DNA of 64,000 nucleotides from positions 36,101 through 100,100 of IMG/VR virus record IMGVR_UViG_3300032030_000037; one strand, given 5' to 3'. Positions 11,020 to 21,341 of this stretch are shown piece after piece. Numbering within the stretch: the first letter of the stretch is position 1; every line of letters starts with the position of its first letter. Source of the DNA: a virus (lineage: Duplodnaviria > Caudoviricetes). The notes under the pieces were generated by a model, which saw only the letters and a program-made list of their open reading frames with translations, made no database searches and had not been told where the DNA came from. A program made the translations under genes and the position numbers.

Positions 11020-12525
11020 ATTTATTCATCGACAAAATCTTCCCAATTTCTAGCCTCTTCGTCTGTCATGTTTAGGGAACGCTGTCTAAATGCTTTACAC
11101 AGTTTATCTCTATCCATGTTTTCATAAAAAGAAGATGTCTTCAGCTCTTCTAGTATTTCTTCATATGATGCTGCAGCCAGACAATCATTCGGATGACAGA
11201 TAGATTTATAATCGTTATACTCTTTATAAAGTATCCATTCATAGAAATTATACTCAGGTACAGAGACCCAGTATGCATAGGGTTTGTCATTATAGTACAT
11301 CTGAGAATAGTCAAAATATTCTGGAAATAGTGTTGTTCCTTTTTCTATCATGTCTTTAGAAATTTATTCATTAAAAAATGGCCAACAATAGTACCAGATA
11401 TCTTTTTCTATGAGATATCTTATCATATGTTCATTCCACTTATAGGAAGCGCAAAATCTTCTAGTCCGCTTTTTCATCTTTCTAAAAATTGGCTCACTAT
11501 AACCGGGAGGAATAATATCAAAGACTTTTTCTAAAATCTTCTTGTGCTTAGTATTTCTTAGTTTGTGCATGGAATTTCGATACGATCTCCAAACCAGACA
11601 TCATAAGAGTGTCCATTATACTTAACAACTCCAATTTCATTCTCTCCAATTCCATCCGACAAACATCCATCTAAGAAGCTAGTAATCGCATCTTTAAGAG
11701 TTCCATGTCGAGTGCAAAGAGGGTCTCGATATCCATTATCCCAAGATACAGGAGAGTCTAAGGGGAGATCAGATAAGAATTCTGCGACATAATATCCATC
11801 CTTAAAATAGACTTCCATCACAACCTCCTTTATCGTAAATCCCTTTGATTTTTTCTCACAAATGTAGAATTGGTTTTCCTCTATCCCACTGTCCTCCGGA
11901 GTATCAATCCAGCAATATTGTCCATATAAGTCTTCTATTCCAGAGACCCTAGTTATATCTAGATCCTCCATATTCCTAACGAGACAGCAGTTCCTATTCT
12001 CTGGGTCTATCTCGTCGTGCGAATACATTAAAAGCGGAAGTTTGAATCTTAGTGTCTCCATTTCCCGTCAGTCTTCATACCATTCAACACTAAAGTATTC
12101 ATAGGGTTGCCAGACTTTATTAATATCAAATCCATCTTCCCTAAGCCGAGTTATTGTTTCAGGACAAACAACCCAATCAAATTGACTTTCAAATTCGGGC
12201 TTGGGAAGATATACATAGTTCTCTCCTCTTAACATCGCCTCTTTAATTCTTCTCTGGGCTTCCTGATAATTGGCTTTCCCTGATGTTGCAAGGTAAAGCT
12301 CTTTCATTTCTTCTTTAGTCATCTTCGTATAGTTTTTCGGCTGAAGTTTCTAAAACCTCATATGCATCATAAGGCATTTGTTCTTGTGCTGCTTCGGCTT
12401 TTACTTTCCTGACGGCCTCTATAGAAATTCTTAGGGCCTCGTTAAATGTATCCTTCCCAGTCAGGACTTTAATAAGATCCTTTAAGATATTTATTTGTGA
12501 ATCTTTATCAAATTTGCTGCCCATA

Positions 12526-12912
12526 TTATCCTTTCTTGATTATAATTTCTACTTCCATCGGTACACTTTCCCAGGTGACTTCTGGAAATGCTTCATCAGG
12601 GAGTCTTTTTATTTTATTTCCTTTCCAATACCCAGTTCTTTCTTTCCTAGGTCTAGAGGAATATAAAATAAGGGCGCCGTCGTTGTCTCGTGCTATCCAA
12701 CCTTTTATTGTTGGAGATTCAAGAATTTTTATAGCAGTATCAAGAGTTACGTTTTCTTCTTCTAGTCTTTCTTTATACCCGTCGAAAAGGCCTTGCATAT
12801 ATCCTTCTCTTCTTTCTTCATTGGTATCTTTTCCTCCGTCATAAGGATCAATAGCCCCAGCCATAGGATACTTATCATATCCTTTTCTTAAAACATCCTT
12901 ATCTGTTAACAT
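12526..12912 (-). CDS. Hypothetical protein; C-terminal domain shared with 12906-13400
   Basis: IKGWIARD...FPEVTWES.P.EVE. Confidence 0.65.
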   Translation of the reverse strand: MLTDKDVLRKGYDKYPMAGAIDPYDGGKDTNEERREGYMQGLFDGYKERLEEENVTLDTAIKILESPTIKGWIARDNDGALILYSSRPRKERTGYWKGNKIKRLPDEAFPEVTWESVPMEVEIIIKKG

Positions 12913-13400
12913 TTATTTCCTGTTTTAATTTCTACCTCTACTTCCTTCGGTTCGGATTCCCAAGTTACTTCGGGGAACATGTCGGCTGGAAGATGCATCA
13001 TTATCGTCTGATTTGACCACTCATTTCCAGTCCTCCAAGGCTTCTGGCTATGAATGCACAAACCAAGGCCATAGACAGGGTTTTCTACCTCATCTCGTGT
13101 TATCCAACCTTTGATTTTTGTAGTCTTCCTGTCCTCTCCTTCATCTTCAAGTTCCCGCATGATTCCTTGAGCACAGTTATGAAATCCGTCCCACCAGGAA
13201 TATGAACCTTGATCACCCTCGCTCTGATCCATGCAGCGTTCTCCTTTATCTACGAACTCTTGGACAGCCTCTTTTATTTGAGCCCCTCTTAGTTCATAAA
13301 ATTTCTTAGCACACTTAGCGAGACGATCATATTCTGCATGAGTCATCGGTCCATTTTCTTTCCAGAACTTCTCAATCTCTTCTTTTAGGGTCTCTTTCAT
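12906..13400 (-). CDS. Hypothetical protein; C-terminal domain shared with 12526-12912
   Basis: IKGWITRD...FPEVTWESEPKEVE. Confidence 0.65.
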   Translation of the reverse strand: MKETLKEEIEKFWKENGPMTHAEYDRLAKCAKKFYELRGAQIKEAVQEFVDKGERCMDQSEGDQGSYSWWDGFHNCAQGIMRELEDEGEDRKTTKIKGWITRDEVENPVYGLGLCIHSQKPWRTGNEWSNQTIMMHLPADMFPEVTWESEPKEVEVEIKTGNKC

Positions 13401-14118
13401 ATCTTTTGTATTTCGTAAGTGTCAATATATTCTTCGTACTCATCCCAACATGCTAAGGTAAGAGTGAGTCCATATTCTTCATTCTTAAACTCACCCTTCC
13501 CGACATTAGTACCATTTCCCCAGACCGCAGTTATTTTCCATCGGCCGGGGATACGAGAGTTAAGATACTTGTTTATAGAGCCGTTCTTTTTGCTCTCACT
13601 GAAATCATTAAAGAACCAGGCATCAAGGTCACGGCTCTGTATATGTTGATCTAGACTCTTCTTTAGACTCTCGATAAATTCGGCCGGTGTCATATTCATT
13701 AATCCTGTTATTTTTCTTTCGGACATAAGTATATTCCTTTATCCGGAGTCTCACCAGTCTTTACGAGATAGTAATTTAGATCTCCGAAAGCGTTAGGCCA
13801 GGAAGCGATATAGTATCCTTTTTCTAGAATCTTTTTTATTCTAGAGGCATCATCTGTAAACTCTTTATTTGCCATCTTTCTCCCCTCCTAGTTTTTCGTT
13901 TATCCACCAAATGAGATATCCGAAGCGACTCATTAGGATATAGAAGATAAGTATTATTATAAAGAGAGGCCAAAGAAGCGACACCCCAGCCATAGGAATC
14001 GGGTCATCTAAAGTAAAATATTCTGCAAATTCCTTGATTCTTTTAAACAATAGGCATGCAACGACACCTAAAATAAGATATCCTACAATTCCTGCTAAAA
14101 CTAAGTACCAAGCCATAA

Positions 14119-14961
14119 TTATTTTAATGCTTTAATGTTAATTTTCGGTTTCAAGATAAATTCTACGGATGCACAGGGGTCGAGGTTCTCTAAGATTTCA
14201 TCCTTAGGTTTATACGCCATAGGAGATTCATCTAGAGTTTCCCGACAGACAGAAGTTGAGTAGATTCCCTTCATACTTTTCTCAAAGTCCTTCAGAGATA
14301 TCTTAGACTTAGCCGCCGACCTAGACATTAATCTTCCTGCACCATGAGGGGCGCTGAAGTTTGTGTCGGGATTTCCTTTCCCTCGACAGACCGCAACTCC
14401 ATCTCTCATATTAAGTGGGAGAAGGAAAATCTCATTCTTCTTCGCCGAAACCGCACCCTTTCGTATAATTGGAGTGGGACCAGAAAAGTCAATGTAGTTA
14501 TGTCGTGTGGTGATTCGTTCTTTCTCTAGGCCCCCAGTAAGTTTTGTATAGACGTCAAGAATCCTGTCCATAATTATCTTATGATTCCAAGATGCATATG
14601 ACATACAAACTACCATGTCCGTTAGATAGCCACGAAGATTCTCACCACTAAGATAGCCTAAGTGGATATTTTCTTCTTTCCATTTCTTAAGCTCCTCATC
14701 TATAGTAGGCTTAATCTGATGCTTGTCTATCCCAGGCCTTGACTTCACCTCTTCCTGGATGGCTCTCTGAATATCCTTCGGCACCTTATCACACATAGCC
14801 TGAGATTTCCAGTATTTATTTACTTTCACCCCCAAGTTTCGTGAACCCGTGTGTACAGATATTCCTTGAAATTGTGTGAACGTAGGATGTGAGAACCCGA
14901 GAGGATTACTACCAAAAGAGTCCCAGGTATTCTCTCCTTCATCATACTCAATATAATGATT
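14119..14961 (-). CDS. rtcB: RtcB RNA ligase, exon 2
   Basis: NHYIE, VHTGSRNLG, HNYID, RKGA, SAPHGAGR and DESPMAYK motifs. Confidence 0.93.
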   Translation of the reverse strand, partial: NHYIEYDEGENTWDSFGSNPLGFSHPTFTQFQGISVHTGSRNLGVKVNKYWKSQAMCDKVPKDIQRAIQEEVKSRPGIDKHQIKPTIDEELKKWKEENIHLGYLSGENLRGYLTDMVVCMSYASWNHKIIMDRILDVYTKLTGGLEKERITTRHNYIDFSGPTPIIRKGAVSAKKNEIFLLPLNMRDGVAVCRGKGNPDTNFSAPHGAGRLMSRSAAKSKISLKDFEKSMKGIYSTSVCRETLDESPMAYKPKDEILENLDPCASVEFILKPKINIKALK

Positions 14962-15885
14962 CAATTTGTTACGCTGTATTTTTAAAATATTCTATTCTTA
15001 TAACTAGACCTCCATGGCCTAGCTGGAACTGTTCTAGTCCAACTCTGTAATTCTACAGCAGAATTATATTTTCTATCTATGTATATTTCTGGATTTCCAA
15101 AGATATACAATAGCTTTGCTAAGTCTACTGCAGCTTCATTAGTTACTACAATATTATATACATTATCTCTTTTATTTCTAGTAGCTGACTTTTGCAAGTT
15201 CATTCTTTTATCTAAAAATTCAAGAAACTTTGTTTTCATATCTTCGCTTTTTGTAACTAGCCCTATAAATGGAACACTGCTTTTGCTAATGCCCAAGCTC
15301 CCGTCCCCATCTATAACTCCTCTCCAAAAGTCTACCTCACTATATTCAACTATTGGGGTGCTAGCTAGACTTGTTTTATCTTTCTTAGGATATCCAGAGT
15401 TTATTAGATCTGTCCTAAAATCTAACATTCCATCAACAAAACTATAACTAGTATAACTTTCGCTAAAATTTGTAGATCTAGTTCTAATTCTAATATGTGA
15501 TTCTGGATATAAATTATGTAATTTTTCTACTATATCTTTGTCTTTTTCACTAACCTCTAAGGTAACTCTTCCTCTATTTCTTACTTTAGCAAGATACAAG
15601 TTTCCGTCAGTTATTAAAAGTCCAAAGACATAGCTTTTTATTTTATCTAACACAAATCTTCCCTCCTTTTATATAATACAGCGACTAGGTCATTTCTGCC
15701 TAGTTCTGCAAGTTCGTATTCCTTGCAGTTCGGAGCACACCTTCAGCTTTTACCGCTGCTCAAGTCCCTCTGCTCTCTACGGGGGTATTTAAACCTTCCC
15801 TCGGAGATTGGCATCACAGCCTCTCCCGATATGGACGAGTTTTACAATGAACGATTATTAGTCGTTCTGGAGGCAATCAAGTCTC
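14962..15885 (-). mobile_element. Group I intron (924 nt) in rtcB
   Basis: Exon GGAGGU pairs with intron GCCUCC (P1, U-G at the splice site). P3 gucc/ggac. P7 region guagagagca / aaggugugcucc. Terminal G precedes AAU CAU. Splicing restores GTLGGG-NHYIE in frame (453 aa). Confidence 0.9.
14982..15653 (-). CDS. Intron-encoded double-motif LAGLIDADG homing endonuclease
   Basis: YVFGLLITDG and FWRGVIDGDG motifs. The ORF is looped out by the cgctgtatt/aatacagcg stem. GTG start with aggagggg upstream. Confidence 0.9.
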   Translation of the reverse strand: MLDKIKSYVFGLLITDGNLYLAKVRNRGRVTLEVSEKDKDIVEKLHNLYPESHIRIRTRSTNFSESYTSYSFVDGMLDFRTDLINSGYPKKDKTSLASTPIVEYSEVDFWRGVIDGDGSLGISKSSVPFIGLVTKSEDMKTKFLEFLDKRMNLQKSATRNKRDNVYNIVVTNEAAVDLAKLLYIFGNPEIYIDRKYNSAVELQSWTRTVPARPWRSSYKNRIF

Positions 15886-16404
15886 ACCTCCACCTAAAGT
15901 TCCAATACTTTTATAGAATGTTGCCAGATCCATTCCAATTCCACTACACCATCTCTTCAAGTCATCCTCATCATTGAAATCAGGAATCCAAGTGAGTCCG
16001 TGAGTGTTCTGATATGCTTTCTGAAGTTCTGACCTGAGATAGGCTAGAAATTCTTTAACATCAAAACACCGAGAGGGTTGGATTTCGTCGCCCGTTGGAA
16101 TTGCCTTCCTGACACGATGTTCAAATAATGCATAATCCTTCGGGTCTAATGGTTTATCGAGGAATAGCATTGAAACACTACACCCTATATCAACCCCTAT
16201 ATAGTCGGGATCTATGTATTCGCCAAGTTCAGAGGTAAATCCAATACAGATTCCACTCCCCGCATGAACATCCGGCATAATCCTAACTTTAAGTCCCTTC
16301 CACTCTGGAGCTTTAATTGTATCATAAACCTGCTGAAGTGCGGCAGGTTCAATATTATCTGTAAAAATTTTACAGTCTAATCCATTATTATTTATTTCTT
16401 TCAT
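15886..16404 (-). CDS. rtcB: RtcB RNA ligase, exon 1
   Basis: RIMPDVHAGSGICIGFT, GVDIGC and SIGTLGGG motifs. Confidence 0.93.
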
Positions 16405-16406
16405 AA

Positions 16407-16417
16407 CATATATAAGG
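16407..16417 (-). promoter_or_regulatory. Phage promoter motif CCTTATATATG, with rtcB ATG 3 nt after the G
   Basis: Instance of the recurrent motif found at nearly every operon start. Confidence 0.65.
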
Positions 16418-16856
16418 AAAACAAAGAGAGCATTAATCTTTGCTCTCTATATTCAACTCTTTCATGCGTCAAAATCTAAGAATCCCGAAAGAAGTTCTGT
16501 ATACTCTTTCTTCTCAATTTCTATATAATTGTTTTCTTTAAATTCACGAACAGGCAAAGACTCCTTGGTATGAATAAATACGCTCATATCCCCCGGCGTA
16601 AATATAGTTCCTTGAGCCTGAAATCCTGTAATAAGAACTTGATGATCCTTGGCGCTTGATTCTACCGGATGAAAGACTTCTATGCCTCCAGCAAAGGTAT
16701 CTCTCTTAAAGTATTTTCCAACGAGACTATTGGCAAACTCTATATGTTCTTGATATTCTAATTTAAACTTTAGGCCATCAAGCTCTCTTACTTTCTTGTA
16801 GTGTTCAGAAATCTCAGCATTAATAGCATCTAATTTATTTTTTGTAAATTCATCCA

Positions 16857-17738
16857 TTATCTTAAAACTTTATAAGTTAGGCTATTCACTTCATTTATAT
16901 ATACATCAATCATATCTTGAGTTATACTAAGATTAACCACAGTGATATGATCTGGACAAAACAAATGATTCCTTCTACCGGGGGTGAAATAGGAACAATT
17001 AGTCTTATCCTGTTTTGATTTTTCTAGTGTTGGCTTGACTGTATTTTTGAGCCAGGCATTATAGTCTACCAGTTGCTCAGGAGTCTTAATATTTGATAAT
17101 GGAACACCAACACCAAAATTCTGAACATAAATATCCCAATCAGATAAGTCATAAATTCCTGGTTTTCCGTCGGCCTCTTTTATCTTCTGGTCCTTGTTCC
17201 ATAAAGTTAGCTTCCCCTTTGGTAAAGTTATTTTCTTCTTTTTCTTTAGCCAATTTATAAGTGGAAGAACTGCTTTTGGATAGTTTAGATATGGAAGAAA
17301 GTAATGATGAATAAATCCGCCATCTCGAATAGAAAATACATATCCTCGTGTCGGGCCATACTCTTCTTTCTTCTTTAGAGGTAAGATAACCTCGCTAGCA
17401 TCCATATATACATCTGTCCATCCGATATCCTGTGGCTGGTGATATAGTGAGAAGTCTTCGAAGGAGAGCTCATAGTATCCATCTCCGAGAGGTCTTAGTT
17501 CTGGAGATTTAGCTTTAGCCAGACTCTCAAAGAAACTAACACAGGCAGAAGCTCCTTTATTGATTACCCAGAGTTTCTTCCCGGCTAGTTTTTCTGCTTT
17601 CTGTCTTTCGGCTTCAACATAGGAATCTGGGGTAACCTCTCTTGAACTGGGGTCTATATAAATTCCTACACTAGACCCCTTAATTTTATCTACGCTCTTT
17701 CCTATAAATCCAGAGTCAATAAATTCTTGTAATTTCAT
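16857..17738 (-). CDS. Hypothetical protein
   Basis: 293-aa ORF downstream of a promoter motif at 17760-17770. Confidence 0.7.
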   Translation of the reverse strand: MKLQEFIDSGFIGKSVDKIKGSSVGIYIDPSSREVTPDSYVEAERQKAEKLAGKKLWVINKGASACVSFFESLAKAKSPELRPLGDGYYELSFEDFSLYHQPQDIGWTDVYMDASEVILPLKKKEEYGPTRGYVFSIRDGGFIHHYFLPYLNYPKAVLPLINWLKKKKKITLPKGKLTLWNKDQKIKEADGKPGIYDLSDWDIYVQNFGVGVPLSNIKTPEQLVDYNAWLKNTVKPTLEKSKQDKTNCSYFTPGRRNHLFCPDHITVVNLSITQDMIDVYINEVNSLTYKVLR

Positions 17739-17812
17739 AATTCGTTTTTACATCTCTTTCATTAGTAAGGAAATAAAAAGAGAGGAAATTAATCCCCTCT
17801 CTGTTATTATTT

Positions 17813-18022
17813 TTAAAATTTTCCCATCCTAATTTTATAGGTCTCGGGATTATTTTTAAATTCATCTTCTGCAGCTACCTCTTTATAGGCCTGATGATTT
17901 AAAGCTTCATAGGCAGGATTTTTTGCTTGGATATATGAAAAATCCCCATTCCTAAAACGCTTTCTGAATTTGGGTTTGAAAGAGGCAGCAGTAGCATAAG
18001 TTTTTTGTCGTAATATAATCAT
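17813..18022 (-). CDS. Small protein with MIILRQKTYA leader
   Basis: Shared N-terminal motif. Confidence 0.65.
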   Translation of the reverse strand: MIILRQKTYATAASFKPKFRKRFRNGDFSYIQAKNPAYEALNHQAYKEVAAEDEFKNNPETYKIRMGKF

Positions 18023-18192
18023 ATAATTCCTCTTCTAATTTTTTCTTTCCCTAACCACTCCAGGGCACGAACATATCCAATCTTCCACATAGTACTTCCT
18101 GGCTTGAATTGCTTATTAATTCTAGCTCTCATCTTAAGTAGTTCGTTAGCCAGGAAATTACGAACTCTGGAAAACACGCGTCTAATTACCAT
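18019..18192 (-). CDS. Small basic protein (57 aa) with MVIRRVFS leader
   Basis: Hand translation; overlaps both neighbouring genes. Confidence 0.55.
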   Translation of the reverse strand: MVIRRVFSRVRNFLANELLKMRARINKQFKPGSTMWKIGYVRALEWLGKEKIRRGII

Positions 18193-18565
18193 ATTCCATC
18201 TCTATTTGCTTTGGGCCTAGGTTAGTATTATTAGCTTTAAATCCTACTTTTGTATATAGATTAATTGCAGCTTGATTATTTCGTGAAACGCTTAATTTTT
18301 TACAGCCAGATTTTATTGCCGTCCTAATCAGCTTCTCTCCAAATCCTTTCTCACGGTATTTAGATAAAACTTCAAGAGCGACTATATAATCTCCTTTCCA
18401 AGCACAATATCCTATCAAATCATTTCTATTTTTAGAGACGAACATAACTCCTTCAACGTCTGGTCCTATTTTAGCATGACGTAGTAAGTTATCGGGGCTC
18501 TTATACTTTTCAACCGCTTCTTTCGTATACTGAATTTCACGGTATTGCTTTCTCTTTACTATCAT
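18182..18565 (-). CDS. GNAT acetyltransferase with MIVKRKQY leader
   Basis: LEVLSKYREKGFGEKL (motif A) and NQAAINLYTKVGF (motif B). Confidence 0.85.
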   Translation of the reverse strand: MIVKRKQYREIQYTKEAVEKYKSPDNLLRHAKIGPDVEGVMFVSKNRNDLIGYCAWKGDYIVALEVLSKYREKGFGEKLIRTAIKSGCKKLSVSRNNQAAINLYTKVGFKANNTNLGPKQIEMEYGN

Positions 18566-18697
18566 ATTTCTATCCTTATAATATTAGATTCCAGACTCCA
18601 CATCAAAGGATAGTCTCTATGAACGGTCTGGTATTAAATCTTTCTACCCCCCAGTATTTAAATTATTGAGGATAGAAATAAAAGAATAGTACAAACT

Positions 18698-19109
18698 TTA
18701 TTTTGCGTATTCTATTTCAATTATACTATGTCCGAGAAGATTGGTTACTAGAATATAGTTAATGCTTTTAAAAATGAGATAGTTAACTCGGTTCTCGCTA
18801 TCAATCTCAGCACTCCAAATTACACACTCGTTGTCCTCATCATAAAACTCCCACAAAGGGTGCTGACCATAATTTCCTTGGAATGGCTTTGTTTCTAGCT
18901 CTTTTAGTATAGAGTCTACTATCTTTTGCTGTTTATCGTCAAGCTCTTGATATTCATCACAAGCATTTTCAGACAAACTAATCTCCCATGGTCCAAACTT
19001 TTTATAACTAGAGCTCCTCTTAAAAAATTCTAGTTCTTTTTATTTTACCTTTCTTCCCACCAAATCCATCCTGAAGGCCAACAAAAAGTTTCTGTCTACC
19101 TAATATCAT
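18698..19109 (-). pseudogene. RelE/YoeB(Txe)-like protein with MILGRQKLF leader, interrupted by a +1 frameshift near 19020-19042
   Basis: The ATG at 19109 reads 29 aa to TTT TAA. The +1 frame continues KRSSSYKKFGPWEISLSENA...PFQGNYGQHPL...WSAEIDSENRVNY...GH, a YoeB-like pattern. Confidence 0.55.
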
Positions 19110-19257
19110 CTCTCTTGTCCCCAAACTCTTTTTGTTTTCTTCTTTCCTTACTTTTCTTCTTAAGTTCAGCAAGAAGTTCTGGTGTTACTTTGTATTTCTT
19201 TCCCTCTAATGCCTCATTTATCTTACTCAGCGTATATTCAATTTCTTTCTCATTCAT
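19096..19257 (-). CDS. Small 53-aa protein upstream of the YoeB-like gene (antitoxin position)
   Basis: Hand translation MNEKEIEYTLSK...DDIR; promoter motif at 19275-19285. Confidence 0.55.
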   Translation of the reverse strand: MNEKEIEYTLSKINEALEGKKYKVTPELLAELKKKSKERRKQKEFGDKRDDIR

Positions 19258-19419
19258 AATATTATCTCCTTTTTCAATTATAAGGTTCTAGATTTCTCAT
19301 GGAGGCAGATTAATTAAGAGAAGATAAGGGAATTTCACAACTGCCTTCTTCCCTTGCCACACTATATCTAATTACCTCCTTCCTTTAATTAAACATTGAA
19401 AAATCTGTGTGGACTTTAT

Positions 19420-19767
19420 TTATTTCTTTCCTTCAAAGTATTTCTTCTTTTCTTCTCTCCAATATTTTTTGACATCAGACATTGGAGCATCAAACACTAA
19501 TGGAAGATATCCATCAGTTTCATATACATTTGGATATTCTTTCCTAGTTCCAGTTTTCTTATCTACCCTAATTACCTTTCCGTCTTTTGCCTGATAGAAT
19601 CGGTACTTACTATCGGCATATCCTCCTAAGCCTTTATAACCTTTTTCCTTAAACTCCTTATCATCTTCTTCCCATCTAGGATCAGATATAGGCTTTTTAA
19701 TAGTACTGCTTTTATCTGGGGTTCTGGGCGCAAATTTCGTAAATGATCTTTGTCGTAGTATTATCAT
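19420..19767 (-). CDS. Protein with MIILRQRSF leader
   Basis: Shared leader; FYQAK.G segment similar to the next gene. Confidence 0.7.
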   Translation of the reverse strand: MIILRQRSFTKFAPRTPDKSSTIKKPISDPRWEEDDKEFKEKGYKGLGGYADSKYRFYQAKDGKVIRVDKKTGTRKEYPNVYETDGYLPLVFDAPMSDVKKYWREEKKKYFEGKK

Positions 19768-19782
19768 AGCTTATAAATTTAC

Positions 19783-20073
19783 TTAGTCACCAGCCTCTAA
19801 AAACTCACATTCGCCAGTTTTATTATTTTTCCGTATTGCCCAATAAAAGTCAGGGCCGTAAGTATTATAAATTTTAGATCCTACCTTTGCTTGGAAATAG
19901 ACATCAGTATACCTTGGGTCTTTATCATTTTCATCAAATTTTTCTAGACTCGCGGCAAAATCATTTGGCAAGTGCTTCGTTTTTCCGTATTTCTTTTCAT
20001 ACGAATAAATCTTGTCTACAGCTTTATCGAAATCTGTCTTTCCTGAATATAGTTTCTGTCTTAATAGTATCAT
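19783..20073 (-). CDS. Protein with MILLRQKLYS leader
   Basis: Shared leader. Confidence 0.7.
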   Translation of the reverse strand: MILLRQKLYSGKTDFDKAVDKIYSYEKKYGKTKHLPNDFAASLEKFDENDKDPRYTDVYFQAKVGSKIYNTYGPDFYWAIRKNNKTGECEFLEAGD

Positions 20074-20567
20074 AGCTTATAAATTTTTCTTGTTCTTGAA
20101 TCTACTGCAATCCAGCCTTCCCGACCAGATCCAAACACATAGAGTGGATGGATATAGCCTTCTGGTTTTTGAATTACAAATATCTGTGTCTGTGGGAGTA
20201 TGTAATTTGCATCTCTTAGAATCTCAACGGCCTCTAAGAATGTCAACTCAAGCTCTCCCGGAAGTATATCCATCTGTCCGCCAGAGGTTCTTCCTTTAAT
20301 TGTATGAAGAGTATCGGGATAAACTACCACACATCCGTCCCTCAGTTCATAGACTTCTGTATAGTCAATTATCCTTATTGTATCACTATAGTTCTTTAGG
20401 TCCCCAGAGAATATACATGTGGCTGTTTTTAATTTAGCCTCTGGATATTCTTGGAGAACCGTACTATAGTCTCTACCTAATGTTTCTATGTAATCTTGTT
20501 CTTTCGGTTTTTCCTTACATGATCCTACGAAAACTATTCCTAGGAAAATAATTAATATTTTACGCAT
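20070..20567 (-). CDS. Putative lipoprotein
   Basis: MRK plus hydrophobic stretch plus VGSC lipobox. Confidence 0.6.
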   Translation of the reverse strand: MRKILIIFLGIVFVGSCKEKPKEQDYIETLGRDYSTVLQEYPEAKLKTATCIFSGDLKNYSDTIRIIDYTEVYELRDGCVVVYPDTLHTIKGRTSGGQMDILPGELELTFLEAVEILRDANYILPQTQIFVIQKPEGYIHPLYVFGSGREGWIAVDSRTRKIYKL

Positions 20568-20838
20568 GTGCTGGAGTTAATTTATTCTTTGATCTAACTA
20601 AGTTATGTACCTCGGCTTCCTGCTCTAATCTTAATTTTTTAGCTTCCTTTAAGGCATTAGTAACTCTATTTTTTCTTGGGCCGAAGAAGTCAGAATATTC
20701 TCCTCTACTGCGTATCTTTAAGACTTTATCCAAAGTCTCTCCTCTTTTCATTTGTGCTTTAAGTCTCTCTATTGGGCCTAGTTTCTTTAAAGATTCTGTA
20801 TAGGCTCGATTAAATGATTTTTGTCGTAAGAGTATCAT
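20560..20838 (-). CDS. Basic protein with MILLRQKSF leader
   Basis: Shared leader. Confidence 0.7.
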   Translation of the reverse strand: MILLRQKSFNRAYTESLKKLGPIERLKAQMKRGETLDKVLKIRSRGEYSDFFGPRKNRVTNALKEAKKLRLEQEAEVHNLVRSKNKLTPAHA

Positions 20839-21341
20839 AATTTCTTTGTTTTTCCTTTTTTATCCCACTCTGGCAATATTTCTTTCCATGAATACCGGGT
20901 AAGCTTAGATTCTTGGACTGCTGCATTTTTCTGATTCCTAAGTCCATATCTAAATTTCCTTTCTCCAGAGACACCAAGAACCTCAATATCTGCTATCTTT
21001 TCCATTCTCAACGGAAGAAGACACCAATACTCATGGCCTTCTAAGATATCACGATAGGGGCATTGGGAAAGGTCGGTGGGGAGTGTATTTTCATCTCTTA
21101 ATCCTCTCGGCCGATATACTCCCAGCGTTTTTCCGACCAAATCACGACCCCCTAAGCCAAAGACAGAAATAGCATCGTCCAAGGAATCATAGAGAAGTAT
21201 TCTTTGAGTCTTGTGGTCGATACATTTACGCTGGACCAAGAAATTTTGCGGAACGGCCGGATTTATAGGTTGTTCAGAGAGTCCAAGATTTTCCGATAAC
21301 CAGTATAGGGACTTAGGATTTTTTCTTCTTAGTATTATCAT
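20835..21341 (-). CDS. Protein with MIILRRK leader
   Basis: Shared leader (partial). Confidence 0.65.
   Translation of the reverse strand: MIILRRKNPKSLYWLSENLGLSEQPINPAVPQNFLVQRKCIDHKTQRILLYDSLDDAISVFGLGGRDLVGKTLGVYRPRGLRDENTLPTDLSQCPYRDILEGHEYWCLLPLRMEKIADIEVLGVSGERKFRYGLRNQKNAAVQESKLTRYSWKEILPEWDKKGKTKKL

Noticed and set aside
15723-15977. 84-aa + strand ORF
   Set aside because: Antisense to the group I intron core and rtcB exon 1.
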